Part shown: piece by piece, positions 20,050-31,340 of the stretch
Position numbering within the stretch: the first letter of the stretch is position 1
Layout: every line of letters starts with the position of its first letter
Assembly (NCBI GenBank): GCA_963663765.2
Contig: CAXXUA010000011.1
Location: 32,001-96,000, forward strand
DNA: 64,000 nt
Source of the DNA: Candidatus Poribacteria bacterium
GTDB taxonomy: Bacteria; Poribacteria; WGA-4E; WGA-3G
Reading direction: 5' to 3'
The notes under the pieces: model-generated
Database searches by the model: none
What the model was told of the DNA's origin: nothing
What the model saw: only the letters and a program-made list of their open reading frames with translations
Program-made: the position numbers and the translations under genes

Positions 20050-22749
20050 ATGTACAACGATTTTCTTGTTTTCAGTGACCTAACAGATGAAGAATTAATT
20101 CGGCTTGTTCAAAACAGGAATGAGAAAGCTTTTGTCGAGCTGATGTCCCGTTGGACACCACGAATTAGGGGTGTCATTGTAGCGAATTCACGACAACGTC
20201 GAGACGCTGAAGAGATTCACACTGACATCTGGGTAGCTGTATGGCAAAACATCAGAGAACTCAGAAATGTAGATAGTTTCGGTGCCTGGTTGCATCGTAT
20301 TGCCTACAACGCTTGCAAGCGATACTACACTGTGGCAAGACAATCACGCAGTGAAGTTCCATATCAACATTCTGTGATTGTTGAAAACATTGACCTATAT
20401 GCTGCAGCGCGATATAGAGAAGCACAATTGATTGCTGATGTAAAAGAAGCTGTTCATAACTTACCAGAAAAGGTGCGTTCTGTAGCGGAATTGTTTTATT
20501 TAGATTCGTGGAGTATTAAAGAAATATCGGAGGAATTTGATTTTGCTATTGGTACAGTTAAAACGAAATTAAGAGAGATACGAAAACTCCTGCGTGAGGA
20601 ATTTAATGCAGAACCGATAAGAGGAGACGTTATGTCTTCAAAAAATGTTGAATCACACAGTCCAATTCAGCTTGAGACAAATAAAACCAAACCAAGCCAA
20701 ATGCCCGCACAGCTGAATGTTGTTGCGAACGATCCTACAGGGAATACCTGGGCACTACCAGAGGGCGCAATTGTGAGGTTTGGTAAAGGGAACGACGAAG
20801 ATCTTAAGCTTTCACCTGATGGAAAGTTTATTGCTGTCGGGACTCGGTTAGGGCTATGGTGGTATGATGTTTCCTCAATATCACCTATTTCGTTATGGGA
20901 ACTGGGTAAAGGCTCCGCCAGTTCCATTGATTTTTCACCAGATGGCAAATGGATCGTCATATATACAGGGAACAAAACCCTCAAGGTAATGGATATAAAA
21001 AGCGGAGAGTGCGTCATGCAGATTGATTATCATGATGCCTATAACGATCTTGTATGTTCATCAAATGGAAAATGGGTGGCGACAGCATCTATGAAAGGCA
21101 TTGTAAAGGTGTTGGATATCCAAACTGGTGAGTGCATCGCACAGATGGATCGTGGAGAACACATACGGCAATCAAACGATATTACCAACCTTCAATTTTC
21201 CCCGGATGGTAAATTGCTTGCCGCGCATGCTGGGAACCCCAAACTTTATTCAAACAACGACGAACTCTTGAATCCTGATACAGAGGGACCTCAAATTTAT
21301 ATTTGGTGCCCTCAAACGGGTAAGATGATACTCAAGTTTGCAGGACAAGAATTTACCTTCTCTTCAGACAGTCGCTTGTTAGCGGTTACATGTCCTGACG
21401 AAACCTTGAACGAAGACGAAAGCGTTGACCGTTGGGTTTCAGTATGGGATGTAACATCAAGGGAACTCCTCACACAATTTACAGGACATGACGATTGGAT
21501 AGATGCAGTCGCTTTTTCACCTTGTGGACAACTCGTTGCATCAAGTGATGGGGTCCTACGGTTATGGGATATTGCAACAAGTTCAGAAGTAAAGTTTTTT
21601 CCGGACTTTCCGGACTTTAACAATTATTTTTTCGCAGAGGATGGAGAACTGTTTGCAGTAATAATTCCTAATTCACCTAATTTGTCTATTGAAATATGGA
21701 ATGTAGAGCATCGTGAAAAGATATTTGAGATATCTGATATTGATGGTTTGGCATATTCTTTTGCCCGGGTCTATATAGAACACGTGGTTAAAACAGCATC
21801 CTACAAACAGACAGATGCCCAAATACCGGCGTTCTCAAGAATGCAAGAACCTCAGTTCCCCCCGTGGATCGTGCTGCAGATAAATTGGTTAGATGACCAG
21901 ATACTTGTGAGCAATGATGTCAAAGGAATAGTGTTGTGGGATGTCGACAAGAAATGTTACCGAGATACAGTGTCCATAGATGGCTGGCTGGATGCTATCA
22001 CCGTTCTACCCTCTGGTAAAATGCTGGTTTCTTATTTTCCTGATGAGGATAGCATGTGTGTTGCCAGCATACCTGATCAACTAATTGCTGAGTTCACTTT
22101 TCCTGATGAACTATTGGAATTGAATCGTTATCGCGCATTTGCACCGACTGGTGAGTATGTTGCGACAGGAAGTAGTGAAGGCACAGTCTATGTGTGGAAT
22201 CTCAACCAACCTGAGCACCCCATACGTCTCAAGGGACATACAGATTACGTTTACAGAGTTGCGTTTTCGTGGGATGGGAAACGACTCGTGAGTGGGGCAA
22301 GTGACGAGACTGCCCGTGTGTGGGATGTGGGATTAGGCAAAGAAATTACCAGATTGCCTATGGACGAGTCTTGCACAGTGTGGGGATTTGTGTTCTCACC
22401 CTGTGGTAGCCTTATCGCGGGATCCTTGGATAATGAGATTCGTTTGTGGTGCGCTAAGCAGTTCACAAAGGTCCTTTCAATACCGCAACCGGAGAAGAAC
22501 AGGCAGACTTATCCACTTGCATTTTCACCGTGCGGTCAGTACCTTGCAGCAGCGACTTCGTGGCCGGAGGGTTCGGAAAATATTGCAGCAATTCGGATAT
22601 GGGATGTCGCTACAGGTGAACAAATTCATGCTTTCCAGGGACATAACTCACTCGTGCAATCGCTTGCGTTTTCACCGAATGGTACAATGTTAGCGATTGG
22701 TTGTAACAATGGTACAATCCTGGTGTGGGACTTGAGACCGTATCTATAG
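20050..22749 (+). CDS. ECF sigma factor (clade B)-WD40 repeat fusion, soluble
   Basis: Sigma part nearly identical to the 13906 gene; FSPCG-type WD40 repeats; ends WDLRPYL. Confidence 0.88.
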   Translation: MYNDFLVFSDLTDEELIRLVQNRNEKAFVELMSRWTPRIRGVIVANSRQRRDAEEIHTDIWVAVWQNIRELRNVDSFGAWLHRIAYNACKRYYTVARQSRSEVPYQHSVIVENIDLYAAARYREAQLIADVKEAVHNLPEKVRSVAELFYLDSWSIKEISEEFDFAIGTVKTKLREIRKLLREEFNAEPIRGDVMSSKNVESHSPIQLETNKTKPSQMPAQLNVVANDPTGNTWALPEGAIVRFGKGNDEDLKLSPDGKFIAVGTRLGLWWYDVSSISPISLWELGKGSASSIDFSPDGKWIVIYTGNKTLKVMDIKSGECVMQIDYHDAYNDLVCSSNGKWVATASMKGIVKVLDIQTGECIAQMDRGEHIRQSNDITNLQFSPDGKLLAAHAGNPKLYSNNDELLNPDTEGPQIYIWCPQTGKMILKFAGQEFTFSSDSRLLAVTCPDETLNEDESVDRWVSVWDVTSRELLTQFTGHDDWIDAVAFSPCGQLVASSDGVLRLWDIATSSEVKFFPDFPDFNNYFFAEDGELFAVIIPNSPNLSIEIWNVEHREKIFEISDIDGLAYSFARVYIEHVVKTASYKQTDAQIPAFSRMQEPQFPPWIVLQINWLDDQILVSNDVKGIVLWDVDKKCYRDTVSIDGWLDAITVLPSGKMLVSYFPDEDSMCVASIPDQLIAEFTFPDELLELNRYRAFAPTGEYVATGSSEGTVYVWNLNQPEHPIRLKGHTDYVYRVAFSWDGKRLVSGASDETARVWDVGLGKEITRLPMDESCTVWGFVFSPCGSLIAGSLDNEIRLWCAKQFTKVLSIPQPEKNRQTYPLAFSPCGQYLAAATSWPEGSENIAAIRIWDVATGEQIHAFQGHNSLVQSLAFSPNGTMLAIGCNNGTILVWDLRPYL

Positions 22750-22768
22750 ACAACAAGGAGTAAACATA

Positions 22769-24829
22769 ATGCAAAATCGTAGACCTGCAGAGCTTAATGT
22801 TGTTCCGAACGACCCGACTGGGAATACCTGGGCATTACCAAAAGACGCAATTGTGCGATTTGGAACAGGGGATCAGAAGTCTGCTAAACTTTCCCCCGAT
22901 GGCAGGTATCTTGCCGTTGGCACTGGGATAGGTCTATGGTGGTATGATACCACGTCTATGTTGCCGATCTCGCTCTGGGAAACGGAAAGAAATATTAGTT
23001 CAATTGATTTCTCTCATGATGGCAGACAGATTATGATTTGCAATTGGGATCGTATCATTAAGGTCATGGATGTTCAAACTGCTGAATGTATTTATGAAAT
23101 GGAAGTGCAAGGTTCAAATTTCACCTTATCATCAAACAGCAAGTGGATTGCATCATCTGATGGGCAAGGAATTGTTAGAGTACATGATATACAGAAAGGT
23201 GAATTTTTAGCACAGATGGATCGTGGAGAACATAAATGGAAGTCAAACGATGTTTCTCAGCTTGATTTTTCACCAGATGGCAACCTCCTTGCTGGCACTG
23301 CACAAAATCAAAAATTCTGGTCGCCTGACGATGACCGTGTGCTTATCCCCGACAGAGAAGGCGAACAAATATACCTATGGAATCCAGAAACAGGGGAGTT
23401 AATACTCAAATTTGCGGGCAACGATTTTGTCTTTTCGGAAGATAGTCGTTTGTTGGCAGGCGCATCTCCGGATGATTCCCATTCCTCCAGTGATGTAGAA
23501 CGTATTGACCACTGTGTCTCGGTGTGGGATATTAAAAACAGGGAACGTATTGCCCACTTCACAGAACATGACGATTGGGTACAGGCTATCACTTTTTCAC
23601 CGTGTGGCAAGTTCATCGCTTCATGTGATGAAACGCTGCGAGTATGGGAACTGGCAACCGGCACGCAAATGATGGCGTATGAGAAGTGCTATGATTCCTT
23701 CTACTCCCCGGATGGTGTGTTATTTGGGTTTGTATTTGTTACCGATGATACGATAGAGGTTTGGAACATAGATTCTCAGCAAAAAGTGCTGGAACTACCT
23801 CAAAGTATTAATTTTCAGTTCGCAAAAGGTTGGGTTTTCGTCTACATGCAAGAACATCAATTTCAAATCGCTGAAATAATTGCTAACAAACAAATAAATA
23901 GCATACAGTGGACACATCCAATAGAACATAAAATTCATTTTGCCACACCGGACCCATTGGTAGTTTGGGTAGATGATCAGACTCTTGCGAGTGGGAGCCT
24001 TAGGCAAGGTATCGTGTTATGGGATATTGTGGAAAAACGGGTTCGTGAAAGGTTGTTAGATGGAGAATATATCCATATCTTCACAGTTCTACCTGATGGT
24101 AAAATGTTAGCTGCTTTAGTAAGTTCTCTTTACGAACCGACTAAGGTGTGGGATGTAGCAAATCCTGAAAAACCCATCACTGAGTTCCATACAAATTTGT
24201 GGTGGGAAAGGCACCAAGCGTTCACTGCCGCAGGCGATCTTATGGCTGCAGGGAGTAACGACGGACCAGTTTATATCTGGAACTTACAGCAACCTGAACA
24301 TCCAGTACTTCTTACGGGACATACAGATTCCATTGAGGTAGTGGTGTTTTCCCCAAATGGAGGGATGCTTGCGAGTGGGGCATTTGACAATACTACACGT
24401 TTGTGGGATGTTGCGTTGGGCAAAGAAATTGGCACATTGCCTGTAGACGTGCCTCTTACAACAAGGTCAATAAAATTCTCTCCTTGTGGTAACATAATAG
24501 CTGGAGGATTGGGCAGCGAAATCCGTTTGTGGTGTGCTGAGAAAATTACAACAATATGCACAATTCCACAGCCAGACAACAACCAACGGACTTATGCACT
24601 CGCTTTTTCACCGTGTGGAAAATATCTCGCATCGGGAACATGGTGGGAGAAGGGCATGCAAAAAATGGCTATCCGTTTATGGGACGTTGCTACCGGTGAA
24701 AATATCCATACTTTCTGGGGGCATAACTCAGATGTGCAATCGCTTGCGTTTTCACCAAATGGGGCAATGCTTGCAAGTAGTAGTTTTGATGGTACAATCT
24801 TAATCTGGGATTTGAAACCGTATCTGTAG
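22769..24829 (+). CDS. WD40 repeat protein (no sigma domain)
   Basis: SD AAGGAG; begins like the post-sigma part of the 20050 gene (LNVV.NDPTGNTWALP); WD40 repeats. Confidence 0.9.
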   Translation: MQNRRPAELNVVPNDPTGNTWALPKDAIVRFGTGDQKSAKLSPDGRYLAVGTGIGLWWYDTTSMLPISLWETERNISSIDFSHDGRQIMICNWDRIIKVMDVQTAECIYEMEVQGSNFTLSSNSKWIASSDGQGIVRVHDIQKGEFLAQMDRGEHKWKSNDVSQLDFSPDGNLLAGTAQNQKFWSPDDDRVLIPDREGEQIYLWNPETGELILKFAGNDFVFSEDSRLLAGASPDDSHSSSDVERIDHCVSVWDIKNRERIAHFTEHDDWVQAITFSPCGKFIASCDETLRVWELATGTQMMAYEKCYDSFYSPDGVLFGFVFVTDDTIEVWNIDSQQKVLELPQSINFQFAKGWVFVYMQEHQFQIAEIIANKQINSIQWTHPIEHKIHFATPDPLVVWVDDQTLASGSLRQGIVLWDIVEKRVRERLLDGEYIHIFTVLPDGKMLAALVSSLYEPTKVWDVANPEKPITEFHTNLWWERHQAFTAAGDLMAAGSNDGPVYIWNLQQPEHPVLLTGHTDSIEVVVFSPNGGMLASGAFDNTTRLWDVALGKEIGTLPVDVPLTTRSIKFSPCGNIIAGGLGSEIRLWCAEKITTICTIPQPDNNQRTYALAFSPCGKYLASGTWWEKGMQKMAIRLWDVATGENIHTFWGHNSDVQSLAFSPNGAMLASSSFDGTILIWDLKPYL

Positions 24830-24847
24830 GATACATAGAGATTTTTG

Positions 24848-26836
24848 ATGAACAACAAAATATCATCAATTTCCGCAGCAGTAAGTGTTAAAGGAGGCGA
24901 TGTGACGACCTGGGCACTTCCCGAAGGTGCAATTGCCAGATTCGGACGCAGCGATGTAAATGATATTGCATTTTCGCCAAATCGAGAGTATCTTGCAGTT
25001 GCCACAGACATAGGGATTTGGTTGTATACATTACCTACACTATCCCCTGTAGCGTTATGGGATACGGAAAACGGGCATACCGAAGTAGTCACATTTTCAC
25101 CTGATAGCAGTACAATTGCTGTTTACAGTAACAATGAAGAAACTTTAAAGATTTGGGATATTCAAACAGGGGTTTGCATTGCACAAATGGAAGATTCATA
25201 TCAACCGGGTAGTTGCCGCCCGATCTTTTCACAAGATGGCAAGTACCTTTTTGGTCGGTCTCTCAAGTGGTGTGTGCAAACCGGTGAATTATATGACGAA
25301 ATTGAATTATGGCACCCACACTCTACAAATGTCGCTGACTCTTTCACCTATTCTTTAGATGGAAGTCTGGTGATAGCAGAGAGATTTGATTTCAATAATG
25401 ATCACACAGAGATTGTTGTATGGGATGTGGAGTCTGGTGAACAAATTACCTGCCTCAGTGAAAAATGTGAAAGACACGATTTAGTATGGTTGAATCCCTG
25501 CTTTTCGCCGTGTGGATGCTACCTTGCCATCGGTGATTCTCATGGAAAAATCAGGGTTTGGGAACTAAAAAGTGGAACTTTAGAAAAAACATATACTGAC
25601 TTCGGAGACGCGAAGATGTATCCATGCTATACACCAATTGGGAATCTGCTTGCTGCCGGAATATTTGAGCAAAAGGTCGAACTATGGAATATGGAAAGAC
25701 ATGATAAATTTGACGAATTTGAAATTAACGGTGAATATGTTTCACGACATCGTGTCCGTTTTTCAGGCGATGGCACACGACTTGCGGTGTCAATACCAAA
25801 CGAATTCTCCCTCTGGACAGATGAAAAGAATGGATGTCATACACTAACTATACTTAATGGACATACAGACACTGCAGATTGCGTTGCCTTCTCATCCGAT
25901 GGAAAAACATTAGCAGCTGCATATTGGGATGCGAATGTCATTTTATGGGATGTGAAAAGGAAGCGTGCACAAAGCCGGGGTGGAGAAAAACTGCGGGGAA
26001 CAGGACATGCTGTTTATCTATCTGCTAGTGGTGAATTTATTTCTACGGGTGGAGATGATCAAGATACACTATGGATTTCAGAGATTGGAAATCCTAAACC
26101 AGTAGCAGAATTTACTGCCCCTTGGATAGGGACAAATTATTCTAAGGCATACTCGCTTGCCGCTCAAAGGTTAGCAAGTTCCGATGGTGAATATAATATC
26201 CACGTTTGGGAGTGTATACAGTCTTCCCGAAGTGAAACAGAGGGACAGGGTTGGAGGAAACATACTACGTTCATCGGACACACAGCACCTGTTAGGTCGT
26301 TGGCATTTGGTCCGGATGGAAAACAACTCGCGAGTATATCATGTTCAATAGAAGATCAAAGTACCCGTAACGCCCGATTGTGGGATATTAATGATTGCAA
26401 GCAAATTGCAGATTTATCACTACCCTCTTTTTTGAATCAAATGGAGTGTTTTCGTGAATGGGCTATGGGAATAGCGTTTTCACCGTGTGGCGATTTAATT
26501 GCCGCCGGACAGTGGGGCGAGATTGTGTTATGGAATGCGACAACTGGTCAAATACACATGACGTTACAACAACCGGAAGACAGTCAAAGACCCATTACGT
26601 TGTGCTTTTCACCGTGTGGAAAATATATAGCCTCTGGTGCATGGTGGCAACCGGAGTTAAAACTGGTATCTATTCGATTGTGGGAAATTGCGAGTGGTGA
26701 AAATATCGCTACTTTTTGGGGACATACGACCGATATTCAGGATCTTCACTTTACATCTGATGGTGCTGTTCTCGCTAGTGCTGGACATGATGGTGTAATC
26801 TATCTTTGGGATCTGAAACCATTTATCGGTTCTTAA
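24848..26836 (+). CDS. WD40 repeat protein (no sigma domain)
   Basis: TWALPEGAIARFG leader, GHTDTADCVAFSSDG, FSPCG, FWGHTTD. Confidence 0.9.
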   Translation: MNNKISSISAAVSVKGGDVTTWALPEGAIARFGRSDVNDIAFSPNREYLAVATDIGIWLYTLPTLSPVALWDTENGHTEVVTFSPDSSTIAVYSNNEETLKIWDIQTGVCIAQMEDSYQPGSCRPIFSQDGKYLFGRSLKWCVQTGELYDEIELWHPHSTNVADSFTYSLDGSLVIAERFDFNNDHTEIVVWDVESGEQITCLSEKCERHDLVWLNPCFSPCGCYLAIGDSHGKIRVWELKSGTLEKTYTDFGDAKMYPCYTPIGNLLAAGIFEQKVELWNMERHDKFDEFEINGEYVSRHRVRFSGDGTRLAVSIPNEFSLWTDEKNGCHTLTILNGHTDTADCVAFSSDGKTLAAAYWDANVILWDVKRKRAQSRGGEKLRGTGHAVYLSASGEFISTGGDDQDTLWISEIGNPKPVAEFTAPWIGTNYSKAYSLAAQRLASSDGEYNIHVWECIQSSRSETEGQGWRKHTTFIGHTAPVRSLAFGPDGKQLASISCSIEDQSTRNARLWDINDCKQIADLSLPSFLNQMECFREWAMGIAFSPCGDLIAAGQWGEIVLWNATTGQIHMTLQQPEDSQRPITLCFSPCGKYIASGAWWQPELKLVSIRLWEIASGENIATFWGHTTDIQDLHFTSDGAVLASAGHDGVIYLWDLKPFIGS

Positions 26837-26872
26837 GGCATATATGTTGATTTAACTCAGTTCAAAAAAATA

Positions 26873-28159
26873 ATGGAGTGTTTACTGATGTCAAACATTT
26901 CAGATGAAAGATTGATAGTCGCGGCAGTAAAAGATCATGATACCGATGCATTGGAAGAACTGAAAGATCGTGTAATAAACGGTGAATATGGGATACGGGC
27001 TGCAATTAGAATACCCTGTTCTGAAGTTGAGAAAAAAAGGATTGAACAGCATATTGTAGAGAATATTGTCAAGAATTTGCATAAGCATGGATTTATAGGG
27101 TCAATTCAGTCCTATGGATTCCGAATTGCGACTCATTTTTCTATCCAATATCGGGATCACAAAGAATATAAACTGTCTGACATAGAAAGTTCGGAAGAGA
27201 AAGCGTTACAACCTGAACCATCATCATTAAACGATCTGCACAAGAATGTTAAGCTTCCACCACTGGAGGAAATTGACCTTGAGATAAGGACACTTGTGAG
27301 TTTACTAAATCAATTTCCCCACATAAGGACAAATGGAAGTTCTTGTAGTGGTCATCCAACTCGAGAAGATCCTGATCCTTATGGAGGATATATTGGGATT
27401 GCCTCATTCGGTAACGGAAACATACTCACAACCATGCGTTTTATTGTTGATCTGTTAATGCTGTTAGATAATTCCAATATGCCAGAGAAAAATGCATACT
27501 TACCAACTCCACTCCGAATAGCGCGTGATACACAGAATGATAATGCGACTTCTAACGAAGCAAAACGTGAGCGATTTAAACAGGTTCATGCAGAAAACTT
27601 GGACAGTTCAGGTATACCAATTATTTTAGTATATGTCTCTTATCGTTTTTATGTTTGTCATCCGGAAGTGAAGCAGTCTTTAGAAATTTGGAAACTGCTG
27701 CTTGCATGTGTTAAAGAGATGATCCCAGAAGATGAGGAACTTACAACCGAAGTTGACACACCAGAGGAAGCAATGCATCTGTTGACAAAATCATTGCATA
27801 AGCTGCCTTTTATATTTAGTGCTACAAACAGAACAAGTCTTGAAGGTTTTCCCGGTATTGCCTTGAATGCAGTAGTAGATTTTAATTTATACCTGTGGTT
27901 TAACACATTAGTTAATGGACTACATGAACGTCTTGAAGAAGCGGGATATACAAGTTTTCAAGATTCTGCAGGTAATATATCTTATGCTGAGAAGTTTCGA
28001 TTTACTTTACGTCCATTTCTAAATCAGGAATTGATCCCGCTTCCGCATCTGTTAACTCCGAAGTGGGAACCACGAACTCCTGCAGACCATCTAAAGATTT
28101 GGCAACTGCTTGAGTTAGCGGTTTCGGAACAGCTTGAAAACGATAATTTGATTACTTAA
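26873..28159 (+). CDS. Hypothetical protein: degenerate sigma2-like N-terminus plus TYW3-like motif
   Basis: SDERLIVAAVKDHDTDALEEL...SIQSYGFRIATHFS; IDLEIRTLVSLLNQFPHIRTNGSSCSGH. ORF is clear; domain calls are by eye. Confidence 0.6.
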   Translation: MECLLMSNISDERLIVAAVKDHDTDALEELKDRVINGEYGIRAAIRIPCSEVEKKRIEQHIVENIVKNLHKHGFIGSIQSYGFRIATHFSIQYRDHKEYKLSDIESSEEKALQPEPSSLNDLHKNVKLPPLEEIDLEIRTLVSLLNQFPHIRTNGSSCSGHPTREDPDPYGGYIGIASFGNGNILTTMRFIVDLLMLLDNSNMPEKNAYLPTPLRIARDTQNDNATSNEAKRERFKQVHAENLDSSGIPIILVYVSYRFYVCHPEVKQSLEIWKLLLACVKEMIPEDEELTTEVDTPEEAMHLLTKSLHKLPFIFSATNRTSLEGFPGIALNAVVDFNLYLWFNTLVNGLHERLEEAGYTSFQDSAGNISYAEKFRFTLRPFLNQELIPLPHLLTPKWEPRTPADHLKIWQLLELAVSEQLENDNLIT

Positions 28160-28455
28160 TTGATCAATTATGGTAAATTATGGAATTAATTACACACTTG
28201 CACAGGTAGGAGCGACCTCCCGGTCGCGACCGTATGGAGACAATGCATCAAAGCATTCCCGATCGGTAAGTCAAGAAATCAACGGTATGAATACCTTAAT
28301 GGCATTCCCCGAATCGCTCCTACCGAATACAATAGAGAAAATCATTGGACATCTAACAAAGCAGTTAAGCAGGGTTATTCTGTTTTCAATTTATTAAGTA
28401 AATTCTATCACAGTCGTTAATCCTTGAGTTAGTTTTTTTGGTGGAGTAACCTCAT

Positions 28456-28680
28456 TCTTTGTCTGTGTCAGGATTTTCAAATCAAGAAATCAACTGTATG
28501 AATGCTATAAAGCATTCCCCCAAATCAACTGTATGAATGCCTTATGGCATTCCCCGGGATTAGCAGATTATCAAGATTTTCTCATCCAATCCTATTCCAA
28601 AAGAGAGCATAAAGGCATATCAAAAACCCTTGATGAGGTAAATCCTGAAAATCTGGTAATCCTGAAAATCCTGGTTCTGA
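28456..28680. repeat. Dispersed ~220-bp repeat with CAGGATT(T) subunits
   Basis: Reverse complement of about 44591-44790; both copies carry the hairpin micro-element at the same site. Confidence 0.75.
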
Positions 28681-29135
28681 TAACAGAGGACGCAACAACC
28701 CAGAATAGGGTATATTGCTTCAAAATGGCATATCCAGGATAAAATTAGGATTACCCGATTAATAAATAATAAATTAATCTTCATAACCCAACCCCATGGG
28801 CGTCAATTTAAGTAAGAAGTTCTCTTATCTTGTGTAAGTGAAACCTTGGATGTTCTAATTCCTTCAGATGGCACCTTTATTGTAGTGGCGGGGTTTTTCC
28901 CCGCCCGATTGGAAGTTCGTTTACACGGACGAGGTGACCTCGCCCCTACAATGTGTACGAGGATTAGCTGCCTTAAATTGTCGATTATGGAGTAAGGTTA
29001 CCCAATCCCTACAAAAGTGTTATGTGCGATCCTATCGCGGCGTGTAAACATATTTTCGGATTCTACTATAAAACTGAATAACCCTGAAGTAATACGAACA
29101 ACCCATGACGGATTCAGGACTCTTGGAGATATTTA

Positions 29136-31274
29136 ATGGCAAATAAAAAATCAGTAATTCCTTCACCCGTAGATGTTAATAAAAGTGATGTCACAACTTG
29201 GTCACTTCCTGATGGAGCGTTTGCGCGTTTAGGGCGCGGCTGGGTGGTTGATATATCATTTTCTCCAGACAAACGTTATCTTGCAGTCGGAACCTGGATG
29301 GGACTTTGGTTGTATGACTTGGAAACGCTATCTCCAGTTACTCTCTGGGAAACGGAACGGGGTATGGTGGGACGCGTCGCCTTTTCACCTAACGGTAAAT
29401 GGATTGCTACCAGCAATTCAGACCATATTCTAAAAATATTGGACATCCTGACCGGTGAATGTATAGCAGAAACAGAAACGGATGATTATATCTCTGGACT
29501 GATGTTTTCACCTGATAGTCAATATCTTGCAGCCGCGTATGCAAGTTCTTCTACCGTGGAAATCTGGCAAACTGAAACATATGAATCTGTGAGACAGTAT
29601 TATCCATATATTGATTTTGCCAGTTTCTACAGACCTATCAGTATCTCACCTGATTCGCAATTGATAGCATCTACATTTAGCAGTGAAACATATCACAAGG
29701 CAGATGAAATAGTAATTTGGGAAGTTGGCAATGAGGAACAAATTGCAGTCCTCAACGACCATACATCTTGGGTATCGACGCTTTGCTTTTCTCCGTGTGG
29801 GAAGTTCCTCGCTTCCGGTGGTGAAGATGGTACTGTGTACGTTTGGGACGTTAGGACATGGCAACAGGTGCAATGTTTTACTGAATATGGTGCAGTATAT
29901 CGTATATTTCCTTCTTGGACACCCGATGGCATTCTACGTGCAGCAATTGTCCATTATGACGAGACTGGTCCAGCTATTATCTCGATCCGTGACCTTGTAA
30001 GTGATGAGCAACTTTACAAGGATCAATTTTGGGGCAATACCATAGATTTTTCCTGCATTGGTGATTGGGGTAACACGGTAGAATTTTCAAACGGTTCCCA
30101 AATTGCTTACGTATGCAGACACGAATTTATCAACGTATGGACAGTTGCTAATCCTAACAAACGTCAATTCACGCATTCACCTATCTCATTTCCGACCTCA
30201 ATGGTATTTTCAAATGATGGAAAGACGTTAGCCGTTCAGCATCATCATGAGGGTGTTGTTTTATGGGATATTGCGAGTAAACGTTCACGTTCAGCAGTGA
30301 ATGCGGGAACAGCAGGCAAAAATCAGTTTGTATATAATACCGATAGTGGAAAACTCTATGTTGCAAGTATTAAAGATGATAATGTTAGACTTTGGGAAGC
30401 TGATGCGAATGGTGTTCCGCTTACTGAAGGGACTGGACGAAAATACTGGAGTGCTTTTCCTGCATTATCACCAACAGGCACACTATTCACTTATGCTAAT
30501 GAAGATGGAATCCTGAAGGTGTGGGATGTACAAAGAGGGAAACAGAAAAATCAATTGACCCATCCTCTTAAGACTGATATTGACATCTATGAAGAACTTG
30601 GAGCAGATGATTTTGATGATGATTTTGATGATGAGGATGATGATTTTGATGAAGAGGATCGTGATAAGATTAAAACGTTGAAATTCAGTAATGATGGAAG
30701 AATACTTGCAAGTGAGTCAAAGTTTGGTGGCATCAAACTATGGGACATGCAGAGTAGAAAAGAGATTGGGAGTTTTTCTTCTGATATTGTTCCAGCAATC
30801 ATGGGTTTTTCTCCGTGTGGACAGTATTTAGCTTGTAATGGCGATGAAATTCTCCTGTGGGACACCATAAATTTTAAACTCCGATTTACAGGTTTAAATT
30901 ATGGACCTTACGAATATATTGAATTTTCTCCATGTGGACGGTATTTAGCATGCAGCGGTGATGAAACATTTTTGTATGACTTGAAACAGAGTGAAATTCA
31001 TGTTCGGTTATCACTTCCACAAGCGTGTGAACGTATGTATGCTGCAGCATTTTCCGCGTGTGGTAACTACTTTGCTGCTGGTGCTTGGTGGAAACAAGGT
31101 ATGGAGAAGATGCCTATCTGTTTGTGGGAAGTAGAGGGTGGTAAGCACATTGTTACCTTTTGGGGACACGCGACAGATGTGCAAGCACTTGCATTTTCCC
31201 CTGATAACAAACTATTAGCGAGTGCAAGTTATGACGGTTCAATCTTGCTTTGGGATTTGACTCCATATCTGTAA
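29136..31274 (+). CDS. WD40 repeat protein with acidic loop (no sigma domain)
   Basis: TWSLPDGAFARLG leader, FSPCG repeats, Asp-rich tract, ends WDLTPYL. Confidence 0.9.
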   Translation: MANKKSVIPSPVDVNKSDVTTWSLPDGAFARLGRGWVVDISFSPDKRYLAVGTWMGLWLYDLETLSPVTLWETERGMVGRVAFSPNGKWIATSNSDHILKILDILTGECIAETETDDYISGLMFSPDSQYLAAAYASSSTVEIWQTETYESVRQYYPYIDFASFYRPISISPDSQLIASTFSSETYHKADEIVIWEVGNEEQIAVLNDHTSWVSTLCFSPCGKFLASGGEDGTVYVWDVRTWQQVQCFTEYGAVYRIFPSWTPDGILRAAIVHYDETGPAIISIRDLVSDEQLYKDQFWGNTIDFSCIGDWGNTVEFSNGSQIAYVCRHEFINVWTVANPNKRQFTHSPISFPTSMVFSNDGKTLAVQHHHEGVVLWDIASKRSRSAVNAGTAGKNQFVYNTDSGKLYVASIKDDNVRLWEADANGVPLTEGTGRKYWSAFPALSPTGTLFTYANEDGILKVWDVQRGKQKNQLTHPLKTDIDIYEELGADDFDDDFDDEDDDFDEEDRDKIKTLKFSNDGRILASESKFGGIKLWDMQSRKEIGSFSSDIVPAIMGFSPCGQYLACNGDEILLWDTINFKLRFTGLNYGPYEYIEFSPCGRYLACSGDETFLYDLKQSEIHVRLSLPQACERMYAAAFSACGNYFAAGAWWKQGMEKMPICLWEVEGGKHIVTFWGHATDVQALAFSPDNKLLASASYDGSILLWDLTPYL

Positions 31275-31299
31275 TTTTTTTTCCAATTATGACATTTTG

Positions 31300-31327
31300 G
31301 CAACCTATCCACCGAAAAAACGCGTCA
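31300..31327 (+). promoter_or_regulatory. Putative ECF promoter, class A (GCAACC-N17-CGTCA)
   Basis: Motif intact; separated from its gene by a MITE insertion. Confidence 0.68.
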
Positions 31328-31340
31328 CCAATAATTGTAA

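Noticed and set aside
24891-24905. AAGGAGG followed by in-frame GTG inside gene 24848 (similar at about 31589)
   Set aside because: Can be explained by coding for (K/E)G(G/D)DV; other paralogues use different codons, so not claimed as a start.
28170-28742. Small ORFs 28170-28397 and 28533-28742
   Set aside because: Made of REP and micro-element sequence; related ORFs at 13598, 31250 and 44551 have the same origin.
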